64,000 nucleotides of DNA from the NCBI RefSeq assembly GCF_009834535.1, contig NC_045697.1, positions 117,182,001 through 117,246,000 on the forward strand, read 5' to 3'. The notes under the pieces were generated by a model. That model saw nothing but the letters and a program-made list of their open reading frames with translations. It was not told where the DNA came from and ran no database searches. The position numbers were made by a program, and so were the translations under genes. This document shows, one piece after another, positions 62,977 to 64,000 of this stretch (positions are counted from its first letter, which is position 1; each line of letters opens with the position of its first letter). The stretch is from Camelus ferus (Eukaryota).

Positions 62977-63407
62977 CATTTTATTTTATTTTAACTGAAG
63001 TGTAGTTGATGTGCAACGTTGTGTTAATTTCAGTTGTACAGTAACGTGAATCGTTTATACATATATATTCTTCCTCATATTATTTTTCGTTAAGGGTTAC
63101 TACAAGGTGTTGAATATGGTTCACTGCATGACAGTAAGGCCTTGTAGTTTACCTGTTTTATATACAGTGGTGTGTATCTGCTAATCCCAAACTCCTAATT
63201 TATCCCTCCCCTCCTTTCCCCTTTGGTAACCATAAGTTTGTTTTCTACGTCTGTGAGTCTTTTCCTGTTTTGTAGGTAAGTTCATTTGTATCATTTTTTT
63301 TTTCCTGTTCCACACGTACCTGATATCATATGATACCTATCTTTCTCTGTCTGACCGACTTCACTTAGTGTGATCACCTCTAGGTTCATCCATGTTGCTG
63401 CGAATGG
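62977..63407 (-). mobile_element. L1 3' end
   Basis: Antisense L1 3'UTR. Near-TSD ggtctagaatatt (62964-62976) / gatctggaatatt (63408-63420). Confidence 0.9.
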
Positions 63408-64000
63408 GATCTGGAATATTTAAATGACTTGTTTAAGACCAAACATTGTAGGGAATTAAGCCGAGTCCTTCTCATTCATATTCAATCCACAAGATAGTCT
63501 TATAAATTGGTTGACTGATTGAATAGAATACCCATTGGATAAAGCATTGTAAAATGTGAAGGTTTTTAAATTTTTCCTTGATGCTTTTACTATGGCAATG
63601 AGAAAGGTTCAGGTGGCCCATTTCCTGGGAAGACACCCTTTGCTACCATACAGGATATGGTCATTGCAATCCAAACACATGGGCTGAAGCTTTATCAACA
63701 GTGAAAATCTGCTCTTCATTTGTAAAATGAAATATTTGAGTCAAGTGGATTCAAACATACAGGCTTTTAAGAGTGGGGAAAAATCTATTTCTTTGCCAAG
63801 GAACTAATAAAGCTAAGCTCATTAAAATTTCAGTAATGGAATCAAACTCTAGTTGTCCCGTATAATCAAACCCATAAACCAAGTGAAGTGATATTATGAA
63901 AATAATAATTGAATAAACTATGTAATGAATAAGAGATCTGTTCTTGAGGTTTTCCTACAGGTTTACAACAACACTTTAATTGAACATTTTCGCTTTTGTA

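Noticed and set aside
1..64000. CRISPR arrays, operons or other prokaryote-type systems
   Set aside because: The sequence is mammalian and repeat-rich. No repeat-spacer arrays or gene-dense ORF organisation seen.

Overview
Eukaryotic (mammalian) non-coding DNA, most likely camelid (alpaca/llama/camel), judged from several copies of a tRNA-derived SINE matching the camelid Vic-1 type plus cetartiodactyl-type L1 3' ends. I recognise no intact protein-coding gene, RNA gene or CRISPR array. The window is mostly interspersed repeats: many 5'-truncated L1s (several with clean target-site duplications, two with twin-priming 5' inversions), several solo LTRs (at least three nested inside other repeats), old ERVL internal/LTR remnants, and MIR, L2 and DNA-transposon fossils. 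It also holds a full-length processed RPL29 pseudogene (12526-13177) and an orphan CpG-island-like segment (~3150-3910) abutting an extremely AT-rich tract. The most notable unexplained signal is several local patches where repeat or pseudogene sequence appears shifted A/T->G/C relative to the remembered consensus, suggestive of GC-biased gene conversion hotspots. I do not see evidence of a novel multi-gene system. Repeat family names come from recalled consensus sequences, not from a database search.
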